64,000 bases of DNA from NCBI GenBank assembly GCA_002269645.1, contig NIVC01001383.1, positions 116,606 through 180,605 of the forward strand, read 5' to 3'. The stretch comes from Macrostomum lignano (Eukaryota). A model generated the notes under the pieces. It ran no database searches and was not told where the DNA came from. It worked only from the letters and a program-made list of their open reading frames with translations. Shown piece by piece: positions 1 to 12,063 of the stretch (the first letter of the stretch is position 1; every line of letters begins with the position of its first letter). The position numbers and the translations under genes are program-made.

Positions 1-720
1 TCACTCCTCCAATTCACTCCTCCGATTCACTCCACCCCATTCACTCCTCCAATTGACTCCTCCCCATTCACTCCTCCCAATTCACTCCTCCCCATTCATT
101 CCTCCAATTCACTCCTCCCCATTCACTCCTCCCAATTCACTCCCCCATTCACTCCTCCCAATTCACTCCTCCCCATTCACTCCTCCCAATTCACTCCTCC
201 CCATTCACTCCTCCCAATTCACTCCTCCCCATTCACTCCTCCAATTCACTCCTCCAATTCACTCCTCCAATTCACTCCTCCCCATTCACTCTTCCAATTC
301 ACTCCTCCAATTCACTCCTCCGATTCACTCTCCGATTCACTCCTCCAATTCACTCCTCCCCATTTGCTCCTCTCCATTCACTCCTCCAATTCACTCCTCC
401 GATTCACTCCTCCAATTCACTCCTCCGATTCACTCCTCCAATTCACTCCTCCCAGTTCACTCCTCCCAGTTCACTCCTCCCCATTCACTCCTCCCCATTC
501 ACTCCTCCCAATTCACTCCTCCAATTCACTCCTCCGATTCACTCCACCCCATTCACTCCTCCAATTGACTCCTCCCCATTCACTCCTCCCAATTCACTCC
601 TCCCCATTCATTCCTCCAATTCACTCCTCCCCATTCACTCCTCCAATTCACTCCTCCCCATTCACTCCTCCCCATTTGCTCCTCTCCATTCACTTTTTTA
701 TTCACTCTCCATTTACTCCT
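1..720. repeat. Degenerate 12-14-bp C/T-rich minisatellite (CAATTCACTCCTC), intronic, upstream of the DAXX-like terminal exon
   Basis: Direct tandem reiteration of caattcactcctc(c) from base 1. The ORFs at 53-568 and 364-822 are translations of the repeat. Confidence 0.95.
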
Positions 721-891
721 TTTCCATTCCTTTTACCTCTCAATCATCCTGTCCACTCCCTCATTCACATAAATTTGCGCTCACTCATTTACGTCATTCA
801 CACTAATATTACTAGTCTCTAGTTCTACCAGCTGATCAGCAGCTTCAATTCGAAAAAGCGCAGCACTTCCCTCCTGATCCCAATCCGCCAG

Positions 892-2446
892 GCAGTCCCA
901 GGCCGCCGACCCGGCCGATTCGAGTCCCCGCCTGCGGCGCCAGCTGGACGCCAGCCAGGCCGCCGGCGCCGCACGCCTAGCGGAGGTGATGCGCAGCTTC
1001 GCCTCGATGCCCGAACGGCCAGGCGGCCTGGTGGCGGATTCTGGCAGCGAGCCCTCTTCGGATGAAGAGGCGATGGAGGACGACAGGGACAATTTTGGTT
1101 TAGAAGCAGACCAGGACCAAGACCAGTGTCAGGGCGAGCAGCACGATGATGACGAAAAAAGCAACGCCGACGAGGAGGTCGAGAGCGCCAACGTCGACGA
1201 CGCCGACGCAGCCTCGTCAGAGCCGAAAGCCGAGCCGGGCGGCGATGATCTCGAAATCGAGCCGGAAGTCGAGACGGAAACGGCGCCGCTAGACTCCGTA
1301 GCCAAAATTGGCCCGTCGGGAGCCACCACGGGCACTTTGTCGCCGCCATTTCAACAACAACAGCAGCAGCCCTGGCCGATGTCGTCGTCGTCGTCTTTAG
1401 CCGAAGGCGACGACGCTTTGAACGAGACGGCCGGTCAGCTGGCTGCCGCTGTGCGCCGATTCGCCGCCGCCGCCGCCAGGCCGAAGTCGACTGTTGGGCC
1501 GGATTCGGCGCGAATTCAACCGATCGACCAGCGATCGGCTGAGCGTCCGGGTCTGGAGCATTCGCGTCGGAATCTGCAGCCGTTGCTAACCGAAGAACGG
1601 CCGTTGCTAACCGCGGAAGGGACGTCAAGCGCAACAAAACCGTTGTCAAGCTTAACAAAACCGTTGCCAAGCGCAACAAACCCGTTGCCAAGCTCAGAAG
1701 GGACGTTGTCAAGCGCGGAAGGGACGTTTTCAAGCTCAACAAAACCGTTGCCAAGCGCCACACAGCCGTTTTTAAGCTCAACAAAACCGTTGCCAAGCGC
1801 CACACAGCCGTTTTCAAGCTCAGCAAAACCGTTTCCAAGCGCAAAAAACCCGTTGCCAAGCTCAGAAGGGACGTTGTCAAGCACGGAAGGGACGTTTTCA
1901 AGCTCAACAAAACCGTTGCCAAGCGCAACAAACCCGTTGCTAATGGCGACAAAGCCGTTGCCAAGCGCTACACAGCCGTTTTTAAGCTCAGCACGGCCGT
2001 TGACAAGTGCAACAAAGCCATTGCTAAGCGCGACAAAGCCGTTGCCAAGCACAGCACAGCGGTTGCGAAGCGCGCCACAACAGCCATGTCAAAAACGACC
2101 CCGTCTCGGACAGGCAATGTCACTTCGTAGGCCAACAGTGTCAGCTAGTGGTCAAGCAATGTCATCTAACAGCCAAGCAATGTCAATTCGAGGTCTAAAA
2201 CCGCCAACTGTGGGCCAGCCGATTTCTAACCGCGGCCAGCCGATGCCAAGCCAGCGACGCCAACAGCAGCCGCCACCACCGCCGCCGATCCTGTCTGGCC
2301 CGACGATTTCGTCAGCAACTCCAGGTTCAGCGCAGCAGCAGGGGCAGGGGCACTTGGTTAGCGAGCGTCGTCGTCGCCATCTAGCGGACGCAGTTCGCCG
2401 AGCTGTCGCCGACCTGCCGCAGCCGGAGGTGATTATCATCGACTAA
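892..2446 (+). CDS. DAXX: Terminal exon of a DAXX-like (death domain-associated protein 6) histone H3.3 chaperone; upstream exons lie outside the window
   Basis: Acceptor ccgccag| at 891, just after an in-frame TGA (875-877). The open frame reads DPADSSPRLRRQLDASQAAGAARLAEVMRSFASMPER, which aligns from memory with the end of the human DAXX histone-binding domain (DPALSDPVLARRLRENRSLAMSRLDEVISKYAMLQDK). It is followed by an acidic D/E tract, an S/P/T-rich region and a terminal SIM-like PEVIIID* (human PEEIIVLSDSD). Stop TAA at 2444-2446. The alignment was made by eye, not by database search. Confidence 0.78.
1620..2060 (+). repeat. In-frame coding 21-bp (7-aa) minisatellite in the DAXX-like exon
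   Basis: Heptad units KPLPSAT/NPLPSSE/GTLSSAE/GTFSSST/QPFLSST. A block recurs at 1681 and 1849 (168 bp = 8 x 21). Confidence 0.9.
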
Positions 2447-2501
2447 GAGCAGCTCGGCTTTTAGTCTAAAAAACTCTTCGCCAAAGTATAATATTTACTG
2501 C

Positions 2502-3136
2502 CAGAGCACGATTCCGGATTTTTCCCGGAGTGAGGTCAGTTGACCACCTTGACCTCCTGACCCTCTTAACCACCTTAACCTTGACTCCCTTGACTTCCTT
2601 GAACCCATTGACCTCCTTGGCCCCTTAGCCTCCTTGACTTTGACCTCTTTGACCGCTCTGACCCCATTGATCTCCTTGACCTCTTGACCCCCTTAACCCC
2701 CTCGACCTTGACTCCCTCGACTTTTTTGAACTCCTTGACCTCCTTGCCCCCTTTAGCCTCCTTGACCTTGACCTCATTGGCCTCTTTGACTTCTCTGATC
2801 CCCTTGACCTCCTTGAGCCCCTTGACCTCCTTGAGCCCCTTGACCTCCTTGAGCCCCTTGACCTCCTTGACCTCTCTGACCTCATTGATCTCTTTGACCT
2901 CTCTGACCCCTTGACCTCCTTGAGCCCCTTGACCTCCTTGAGCCCCTTGACCTCCTTGACCTCTCTGACCTCTTTGACCTCCTTGGCGTCCTTGACTTCT
3001 TTGACTTTGATCTGTCGCTGTCCACACGAAACTGCCTGTTATGTAATTTTTTTCGTATGTGGGGGTCATAGGCCCCCATATTCGTAACTTAGAGGGTCAG
3101 CTGACCTCCTTGATCCCCTTTCTGGATCCGCTACTG
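2502..3136. mobile_element. hAT (Tip100-like) MITE containing an expanded ~9-bp TTGACCTCC array
   Basis: Right end ggatccgctactg (rc CAGTAGCGGATCC) and degenerate left end CAGAGCACGATTCCGGATTTTT. Flanking 8-mers tttactgc (2494-2501) and tttattgt (3137-3144) match 6/8, consistent with an 8-bp TSD. Internal array about 2535-3005. Confidence 0.6.
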
Positions 3137-3365
3137 TTTATTGTAGGTCTGTAGCTATAACTACATTGTTTTTATGCTCAGTATTTAGTTCAGCTATACT
3201 ACTGTCTGTGGTTCCGTGTGCTCTTATATCTAAGTCTGTTATTGCTTTATAAAATTGTAATAATTTTGTAACCTGTAACGTTACTGCTCATATTGGGGTC
3301 GCTTCTGGGAGACTAGTGACCTACAAACTGTATCATGGAGCGAGTCTATATATCTAATCTTGACC

Positions 3366-3950
3366 ACAACTACCCATCAGAGTGACCCTATACCCATCAG
3401 AGTGACCCTATACCCATCAGAGTGACCCTATACCCATCAGAGTGACCCTATACCCATCAGAGTGACCCTATACCCATCAGAGTGACCCTATACCCATCAG
3501 AGTGACCCTATACCCATCAGAGTGACCACAACTACCCATCAGAGTGACCACAACTACCCATCAGAGTGACCACAACTACCCATCAGAGTGACCCTATACC
3601 CATCAGAGTGATCCTATACCCATCAGAGTGACCCTATACCCATCAGAGTGATCCTATACCCATCAGAGTGACCCTATACCCATCAGAGTGATCCTATACC
3701 CATCAGAGTGACCCAAACCCATCAGAGTGACCCTATACCCATCAGGGTGACCCTATACCCATCAGAGTGACTCTATACCCATCAGAGTGACCCTATACCC
3801 ATCAGAGTGACCCCATACCCATCAGAGTGACCCTATACCCATCAGAGTGACCCCATACCCATGAGAGAGACCCCATACCCATGAGAGTGACCCTATACCC
3901 ATCAGAGTGACCCTATACCCATCAGAGTGACCCCAACCCATTAGAGTATG
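3366..3950. repeat. 20-bp minisatellite (TACCCATCAGAGTGACCCTA), about 29 copies
   Basis: Direct tandem periodicity of 20. Confidence 0.97.
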
Positions 3951-4465
3951 CCAACCCTAGCAGTACCAAGCTTTCCGCGTCTGAGTGACCCTGGACCCCT
4001 ATCAGAGTGGCGCCACAGCAATTTGCATTCTTCCAAAACAGTGTATCGTAATTATTCTTTTTTCTACGAATTCGATCATTTAGATAATTTTACACTGGGT
4101 CTTCGCAATTGCTTATCAGATATTTGAGTTGGGCGCGCATTTCGACATTCGATTTAAATTTTCAATGTTTTTAAAAAATCTAGATTAATATTAATTTCTA
4201 TTCTGTTTGTCCTATTCAGGTTCAATGTGCGATTTCATCCTGTCTCTGCACTCAGCTTGGCAACATACTCGTATATACAAAATGTTACTTATATTAGTAT
4301 TATGGATACTTCATATATGTGCTACGAATTTGTTTTATAGTACTCGTCTGTTTACCGTTGCATCTTGTGGCGTTTGGCACATTATATGCTGTAAATTCTG
4401 TAATTATGTTCTAATCTGATTAACTATAATTATACTTACTAGCGATTGTTTTATTTGGGGTAGGT

Positions 4466-5051
4466 CCTTAAATCTGCCTCTCCGCTGCCTCAGAGACCTT
4501 GAATCTGCCTCTCCGCTGCCTCAGAGTCCTTGAATCTGCCTCTCCGCTGCCTCAGAGTCCTTGAATCTGCCTCTCCGCTGCCTCAGAGTCCTTGAATCTG
4601 CCTCTCCGCTGCCTCAGAGTCCTTGAATCTGCCTCTCCGCTGCCTCAGAGTCCTTGAATCTGCCTCTCCGCTGCCTCAGAGTCCTTGAATCTGCCTCTCC
4701 GCTGCCTCAGAGTCCTTGAATCTGCCTCTCCGCTGCCTCAGAGACCTTAAATCCGCCTCTCCGCTGCCTCAGAGACCTTGAATCTGCCTCTCCGCTGCCT
4801 CAGAGTCCTTGAATCTGCCTCTCCGCTGCCTCAGAGTCCTTGAATCTGCCTCTCCGCTGCCTCAGAGTCCTTGAATCTGCCTCTCCGCTGCCTCAGAGAC
4901 CTTAAATCCGCCTCTCCGCTGCCTCAGAGACCTTGAATCTGCCTCTCCGCTGCCTCAGAGACCTTAAATCCGCCTCTCCGCTGCCTCAGAGTCCTTGAAT
5001 CTGCCTCTCCGCTGCCCCAGAGTCCTTGAATCTGCCTCTCCGCTGCCTCAG
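4466..5051. repeat. 31-bp minisatellite (CCTTGAATCTGCCTCTCCGCTGCCTCAGAGT), about 19 copies
   Basis: gaatct recurs at 4501, 4532 and onward; the copies are near-identical. Confidence 0.97.
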
Positions 5052-5702
5052 TCTCCTGGTGAATTGCAGAAAAGTTGCCATGAATTGACCGAAGCTTATT
5101 AATAATGCATAGCAGCTGATCACACGTGTACGCAGCTCAGTTCCACAGGTTTCTCTCATTTCTAATGCGCCTAAACTTACTGGCTTGCTGTTCACGAAAG
5201 CTAATTAAATTGTTGTCAATGGCCCTTCAGCGGCAGATCTGCATAGCTGGAGCTGCACTAAAAAAGTTTTACTCCGCATTCCGATACGGGCAGAGTCTAC
5301 AGTAGCAAGCCTCATACAGACTTCATCTATGCGGGAAATTATATTCTGCCTTCCTGATGAATGATGCCTAATACGAGGCTCATGCCATGTTTTATCAAAC
5401 TCAGTCTACGGCTTTTACTATGCTCTAATGGCTCTTCTGCCCCCCACTGCACTGCACTCACCAATAGTCATTATTAGACCCAGTGAGTCGTGCTTAAAAT
5501 AAATTTTTGCTGAAGCGAAACTTGGAACTTTCTACGAGCAACGAAACATGCGGGCGCTCGGTTTACATGCATCCGCATCCAGTTCCCCCAGATGACTAAT
5601 CTCATTAAATACCTGCTTCATTATATTATCCTTTTTGTTTGCCTCCATCTTGGACTATCATTATCACTTCCCTTTTCTACCCTGGAGCGTGGAGTCTGGC
5701 TC

Positions 5703-5910
5703 TTATTCTCAGGGTGAGATCTAGAGCAGCATGAAGTCTGACTCTATTCTTAGGGTGAGATCTAGAGCAGCATGAAGTCTGACTCTATTCTCAGGGTGAG
5801 ATCTAGAGCAGCATAAAGTTTGACTCTATTCTCAGGGTGAGATTTAGAGCAGCATGAAGTCTGACTTTATTCTCAGGGTGAGATCTAGAGCAGCATAAAG
5901 TCTGACTTTA
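5703..5910. repeat. 41-bp tandem repeat, 5 copies
   Basis: tattctcagggtgagatctagagcagcatgaagtctgactc repeated. Confidence 0.95.
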
Positions 5911-6845
5911 TTCATTGGCCTTCAAAATGTTAATTCAGTCCTGTTGGCGAAATTGCAGCCAAATAGCCAAATAAAACGAAGGGGCTCTTAGGAAGGACAC
6001 TGCAGAGCGGGTCTGGCTTTGTGAGGCCTGGTGGAAGCCTCGCCCCTCTGCCCCCCCTCCCCCAGTTATTCCTCTATGGAATTCTCCTATGCCGCCTTGT
6101 TTATTTGGGGGAAATTTATACCCAAAGACTTCGGGTTTTATAATCCCTTCTCTCTAAGTCTCTGACTACCCAGGCTTTATAATAATCCTAATCCACCCGG
6201 CCCTAATCGCTCGTTAAGACTTTGATCAGCTGAGTTAGCTAAGCTGATGGCAAAGCCTCTGACAAGCAGATTAAGGCTCTCTGGATTCGGGACAGCTAAA
6301 CTTCATTATAGAGCATATGCGCCACGTAAGCTTGTGTATACAGATCTAATATTAGAAAGCCTACAGATGACGATATGTTGTGTAAATTACTTTAATCGTA
6401 GTTATTTTTCAACTTGTTGAAACTAAAGAGATTAAAGTACGCATTGAGTTACTGATCGGCTAGTAATATCGGCCTTCGAAACTTTGATAAAAAATAAATA
6501 AGTAAAAATAGATATAGTCTCCACTCTAGTTACTGTAAGACTGAGCAGGTTCTAAAATCGGTTTTGGAAATGCTAATTTAAAATATTCACAAATTAGATT
6601 TAGGAAACTGAGGGTGCGTCTGTAGTTTCGATTCAACTTCTAATTTTAGAATAATTAATTGCCCAAATAATTTTGTTTTCTACTTCAGAAAGCGCTTCCT
6701 TCAATTCGAAATTTGAATTTTAAGCTTCCCTAATGGGATTAATGCAATTCGTTTGTACTTGTATATAATTTTCCCCCCGGGTAGGCTCAGTTCTCTAATA
6801 AGTCCCCCCCACTCTTGAGCAGCTTCTCCAATATTGACTTTTCTG

Positions 6846-6897
6846 AGTCTGTCTGTCTGCCTGTCTGTGTCTGTCTGTCTCTCTGTCTGTCTGTCTG

Positions 6898-6930
<33 letters not shown>

Positions 6931-7005
6931 GCCTGTCTGTGTCTGTCTGTCTGTCTGTCTCTCTGTCTGTCTGTCTATCTATCTGTCTGTCTGCCTGTCT
7001 GTCTG
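6846..7005. repeat. (CTGT)n microsatellite
   Basis: Direct observation. Confidence 0.97.
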
Positions 7006-7099
7006 CCCGTCCTCATGCAATGCTTCATCTGCTCAGTACATGAATGTAGCTCCCTGTGTGTCTGCTGACGCAAGGATGAGTTTAAATAAGCCTCAGATT

Positions 7100-7420
7100 T
7101 TCAATCGCGCGGCCCACTCACCTGCCATCTCAGCGGACTCAATTCAATGTGGCCCGGGAGACGAGGCCCTCCGCGGTGCGGTCTCGCTGCGGGCGAGGCG
7201 GACTGCTTAATTCCGCTAAAAGCAGCCGCCATTTTCAGAGGCAACTGCGGGGGCTGCAAGACAGCCCAGATTGAATTAATTTTTTTGTCATTTCGTGCGC
7301 ATGAACAAAGGCTGCGGCCTCGTGAGGGCGGCAGCCAAATATGAGAATTTCCTGTGAAAATTGGCCCGCACCTTGTCTTGAACAGCCAATCCGCTGAGCT
7401 GTTTGAGTCGCTGAGGCTGT
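7100..7420 (-). promoter_or_regulatory. CpG-rich promoter-like island with a candidate minus-strand first exon (ATG at 7232, donor after 7122)
   Basis: gccgccatttt (YY1-type motif; rc AAAATGGCGGC start context) at about 7225-7235. CCAAT at about 7386. Consensus donor CAG|GTGAGT on the minus strand at 7122/7121, giving a 37-codon frame MAAAFSGIK...SPLRWQ. No downstream exon was identified. Confidence 0.4.
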
Positions 7421-7427
7421 TCACTTT

Positions 7428-7623
7428 CTAACTAATTAACTAACTAACTAACTAGCTAACTAACTAACTAACTAGCTAACTAACTAACTAACTAACTAGC
7501 TAGCTAGCTAACTAACTAACTAGCTAACTAACTAACTAACTAACTAGCTAGCTAGCCAACTAACTAACTAACTAACTAACTTACTAACTAACTAACTAGC
7601 TAACTAACTAACTAGCTAGCTAG

Positions 7624-7662
<39 letters not shown>

Positions 7663-7663
7663 G

Positions 7664-7700
<37 letters not shown>

Positions 7701-7701
7701 C

Positions 7702-7740
<39 letters not shown>

Positions 7741-7741
7741 C

Positions 7742-7780
<39 letters not shown>

Positions 7781-7781
7781 C

Positions 7782-7826
<45 letters not shown>

Positions 7827-7847
7827 GCTAACTAACTAACTAACTAG

Positions 7848-7884
<37 letters not shown>

Positions 7885-7885
7885 C

Positions 7886-7920
<35 letters not shown>

Positions 7921-7935
7921 CAACTAACTAACTAG

Positions 7936-7976
<41 letters not shown>

Positions 7977-7977
7977 C

Positions 7978-8032
<55 letters not shown>

Positions 8033-8122
8033 CAACTAACTAGCTAGCTAACTAACTAACTAACTAACTAGCTAACTAACTAAATAACCAACTAACTAAC
8101 TAATTAATTAAATAACTAACTA
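7428..8122. repeat. (CTAA)n microsatellite, about 700 bp, with CTAG and CCAA variants
   Basis: Direct observation. Confidence 0.98.
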
Positions 8123-8523
8123 GAAAGAGCCTGTTTATGAGTAACAGAGAACGGGAACTAAGGGAGATAGTTTTAGTTTGGAATTTTCAAGCCTCTTGCA
8201 CCCAGGTTGTTTGCGGCTAATTGGACGCAAGGCCGGTTCTAAATGAAGTAAAAAGAAGTTCATTTCCTTGTTTGTAATTCTTTCTGACATTTCAGTCGTC
8301 TAGAAAATGTCAAAGAGGAAAATATTTGACCGGAAATTGTTTTCACTACTCAAGCCTTGTTGGCTTTGATTCTAAAGGTTTCCTGTCTTCTTTGATTCGA
8401 TTTCTTCTTGCGATGGCAAAAGCTTTGGCAATCCTTACAGGGCTGTGTCTGAGAAGGCTCGGATTAAATATAACCATTGTTGAATTTTTTAATTTGACAT
8501 TCGATATGTTCCAACTTTTCAAC

Positions 8524-8925
8524 CCCACAGTGAATTCCCATTCCCCCACTGCTCACTTATCCCACAGTGAATTCCCATTCCCCCACTGCTCACTTATCCC
8601 ACAGTGAATTCCCATTCCCCCACTGCTCACTTATCCCACAGTGAATTCCCATTCCCCCACTGCTCACTTATCCCCACAGTGAATTCCCATTTCCCCACTG
8701 CTCACTTATCCCACAGTGAATTCCCATTCCCCCACTGCTCGCCCATCCCACAGTGAATTCCCATTCCCCCACTGCTCGCCCATCCCACAGTGAATTCCCA
8801 TTCCCCCACTGCTCGCCCATCCCACAGTGAATTCCCATTCCCCCGACTGCTCGCCCATCCCACAGTGAATTCCCATTCCCCCACTGCTCGCCCATCCCAC
8901 AGTGAATTCCCATTCCCCCACCGCT
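8524..8925. repeat. 37-bp minisatellite (CCCACAGTGAATTCCCATTCCCCCACTGCTC...), about 11 copies, upstream of the GPCR
   Basis: cccacag recurs at 8524, 8561 and onward. Confidence 0.96.
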
Positions 8926-9179
8926 CAAACCCGCAACAGCAGCAGGCAATGAGACACAAGAGCAACAGACAAAGTCAAGCAGAAGGCTGCACAAGCCGGG
9001 AGACCACAGATTGGTCAGGACAGGCGGCCAATCCCGCACTCGCCAGTCCCCATCCATCCTGACTCCGCGCCATGCCCGTATGAATATCGTCGGCACAGAC
9101 CAGTTTCCGCGCTCCGCCGCCCCGTCTCCTCCCGCCCGCCGACCCCCAAGCCGAGGCCTTCGAACCGGCAGCCGTCGAC

Positions 9180-9618
9180 ATGGACAACTATAAACTACTG
9201 GTCTGCAGCGTGTTCAAGTGCAACGCCTCGGCCGGAAACGCTTCCATCCCGGAAATTCTGGCTCCGGTCAATGCCACCAAGCCGCGCTCGGGCTGCAACC
9301 TGTTCTACACGGCCGTCACTCCGCTGATCGTGCTGATCGGGTGCATCGGCAACTGCCTGTGCATCCGCGTGTTCACCAGGCGGCACTTTGCCAATCAAAC
9401 GGCCAGCGTGTACTTTGCTTTCTTGTCCGGCGCCGACCTGCTAGTCCTGGTGTTCTACGTGGTGCCCGACTGGCTGCAGAATCAGGACTTTCTGCCCGAC
9501 GCCTTCAAGAGCTGGCTGCAGATGCAGATAGTCTGCCAGCTGTCCCTGTTCTTCTTCTATTCCTTTCGCATGGTGTCCGTGTGGATGCTGGTCACCTCCA
9601 CTGTGGAGAGATATATTG
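9180..9618 (+). CDS. Class A (rhodopsin-like) peptide GPCR, FMRFamide-receptor-like group; coding exon 1 (N-terminus to TM3)
   Basis: N-glycosylation sequons NAS/NAS/NAT, TM1 GCIGN, TM2 FLSGAD, TM3 Cys and VERY (E/DRY). Phase-1 donor G|GTGAGC at 9618/9619. Confidence 0.93.
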
Positions 9619-9756
9619 GTGAGCTGCCTAGGGCTGTTGGACTCCACAGAAAATAAAATCAATTCTAAAATATTCGTAATCGAAAAAAATTCTAGAGAAT
9701 TTATTCTTGAATTGCATACTTAAAATTTTTTTTGTCGTTGTTATTTTAGTTTCGGT

Positions 9757-11398
9757 TAGATCCCACACCGAATAGATAGATCCCACACCGAACAGATAGA
9801 TCCCACACCGAACAGATAGATCCCACACCCAACAGATAGATCCCACACCGGACAGATAGATCCCACACCGGACAAACAGATCCCACACCGAACAGATAGA
9901 TCCCACACCGAACAGATAGATCCCACACCGAACAGACAGATCCCACACCGGACAAACAGATCCCACACCGAACAGATAGATCCCACACCGGACAGACAGA
10001 TCCCACACCGAACAGATAGATCCCACACCGAACAGATAGATCCCACACCGAACAGATAGATCCCACACCGGACTGACAGATCCCACACCGAACGGATAGA
10101 TTCCACACCGGACAGATTCTACACCGGACAGATCCCACACCGGACATATCCCACACCGGACATATCCCACACCGGACAGATCCTACACCGGACAGATCCC
10201 ACACCGAACAGATAGATTCCACACCGGACAGATTCTACACCAGACAGATCCCACACCACAGATCCCACACCGGACAGATAGATCCCACACCGGACAGATA
10301 GATCCCACACCGGACAGATAGATCCGACACCGGACAGATAGATCCCACACAGAACAGATAGATCCCACACCGAACAGATAGATCCCACACCGGACTGACA
10401 GATCCCACACCGAACGGATAGATTCCACACCGGACAGATTCTACACCGGACAGATCCCACACCGGACATATCCCACACCGGACAGATAGATCCCACACCG
10501 GACAAACAGATCCCACACCGGACAGATAGATCCGACACAGGACAGATAGATCCCACACAGAACAGATAGATCCCACACCGAACAGATAGATCCCACACCG
10601 GACTGACAGATCCCACACCGAACGGATAGATTCCACACCGGACAGATTCTACACCGGACAGATCCCACACCGGACATATCCCACACCGGACATATCCCAC
10701 ACCGGACAGATCCTACACCGGACAGATCCCACACCGAACAGATAGATTCCACACCGGACAGATTCTACACCGGACAGATCCCACACCACAGATCCCACAC
10801 CGGACAGATAGATCCCACACCGGACAGATAGATCCCACACCGGACAGATAGATCCGACACCGGACAGATAGATCCCACACAGAACAGATAGATCCCACAC
10901 CGAACAGATAGATCCCACACCGGACTGACAGATCCCACACCGAACGGATAGATTCCACACCGGACAGATTCTACACCGGACAGATCCCACACCAGACATA
11001 TCCCACACCGGACAGATCCCACACCGAACAGATAGATTCCACACCGGACAGATTCTACACCGGACAGATCCCACACCACAGATCCCACACCGGACAGATA
11101 GATCCCACACCGGACAGATAGATCCCACACCGGACAGATCCCACACCGGACAGATCCCACACCGGACAGATCCCACACCGGATAGATCCCACACCGGACA
11201 GATCCCACACCGGACAGATCCCACACCGGATAGATCCCACACCATATAGATAGATTCCACACCGGACAGATTCTACACCGGACAGATCCCACACCGGACA
11301 GATAGATCCCACACCGGACAGATAGATCCCACACCGGACAGATAGATCCCACACCGGACAGATCCCACACCGGATAGATCCCACACCGGACAGATCAG
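9757..11398. repeat. Compound 12/20-bp minisatellite (GATCCCACACCG[G/A]ACAGATA) with a ~530-bp higher-order block
   Basis: Tandem units. The marker ggactgacag occurs at about 10071, 10392, 10600 and 10922. Confidence 0.97.
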
Positions 11399-12063
11399 AT
11401 AGGGGGGGGATTTAACGACGCATTAGTCCGGAAATCGTTTCTTTTCGATTGAGACTGACTACAGTAGCGGTGTGCTAGTTTGATTTAGTTTTTTTCAGCG
11501 GGTCCAGAAGGCCGATATGTATTGTAGTAAACTTTACATATAGACATAATTGCGCGAAGAGTTCCATACTTTTTTGACAGCTGAGGCGCACACTACTTTC
11601 AATGATGGGTCTGGCATTTTGCGTACTTCCCGAACCTCTGTATATTAGAAGTGATTTATGATTTTACTAGCAGCTACCACCAGTAAAGATGCAGACTTCA
11701 ATTCAATGACCAGCCGTCAGTGTTGATTGCCTCTCGATTTTTTCTCCCTCTCCAAAAACTAGAAATGAGAAATGATTGATGGAGGTCGAGAAAGAGAGGG
11801 GAGAGGAGGGGCCGTGGAAAAGTTCAAAACAGCGGTTCGAGCTGTTCAGGGGGGGGGCAGAGTGAACGGGCAGAGGCGAGGTCTGTCTGTGCATGCAGAA
11901 TTCTGCTGTTGGAAGTTTTTTTGGATTTATCAGCGAATCGCTTCTGTGATGCAGGATGTCAGACTGTGAGCCAATTTGCTGAATCTGCTTTTGTAGTTTG
12001 CAGATCTCTACGGCTTGATATGCCTTCATCTACAATCTATTGGTCTGAATAGTAGCTCCGCCT

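Noticed and set aside
825-1964. 379-aa minus-strand ORF
   Set aside because: It is the antisense shadow of the GC-rich DAXX-like exon and its 21-bp repeat, with no independent motifs.
5050-5160. Minus-strand peptide ETCGTELRTRVISCYALLISFGQFMATFL resembling a sugar-transporter TM5 motif, plus a possible 7-nt micro-exon at about 5181-5187
   Set aside because: No compatible splice sites or neighbouring transporter exons were found, and codon usage is unlike the real exons; probably chance.
6002-6098. Possible tiny hAT-like MITE (cagagcgggtct ... gccgccttg)
   Set aside because: The ends are too degenerate and there is no TSD.
8326-8607. Short ORFs upstream of the GPCR
   Set aside because: No recognisable homology, and they run into the 37-bp array; possibly 5' UTR or intron.
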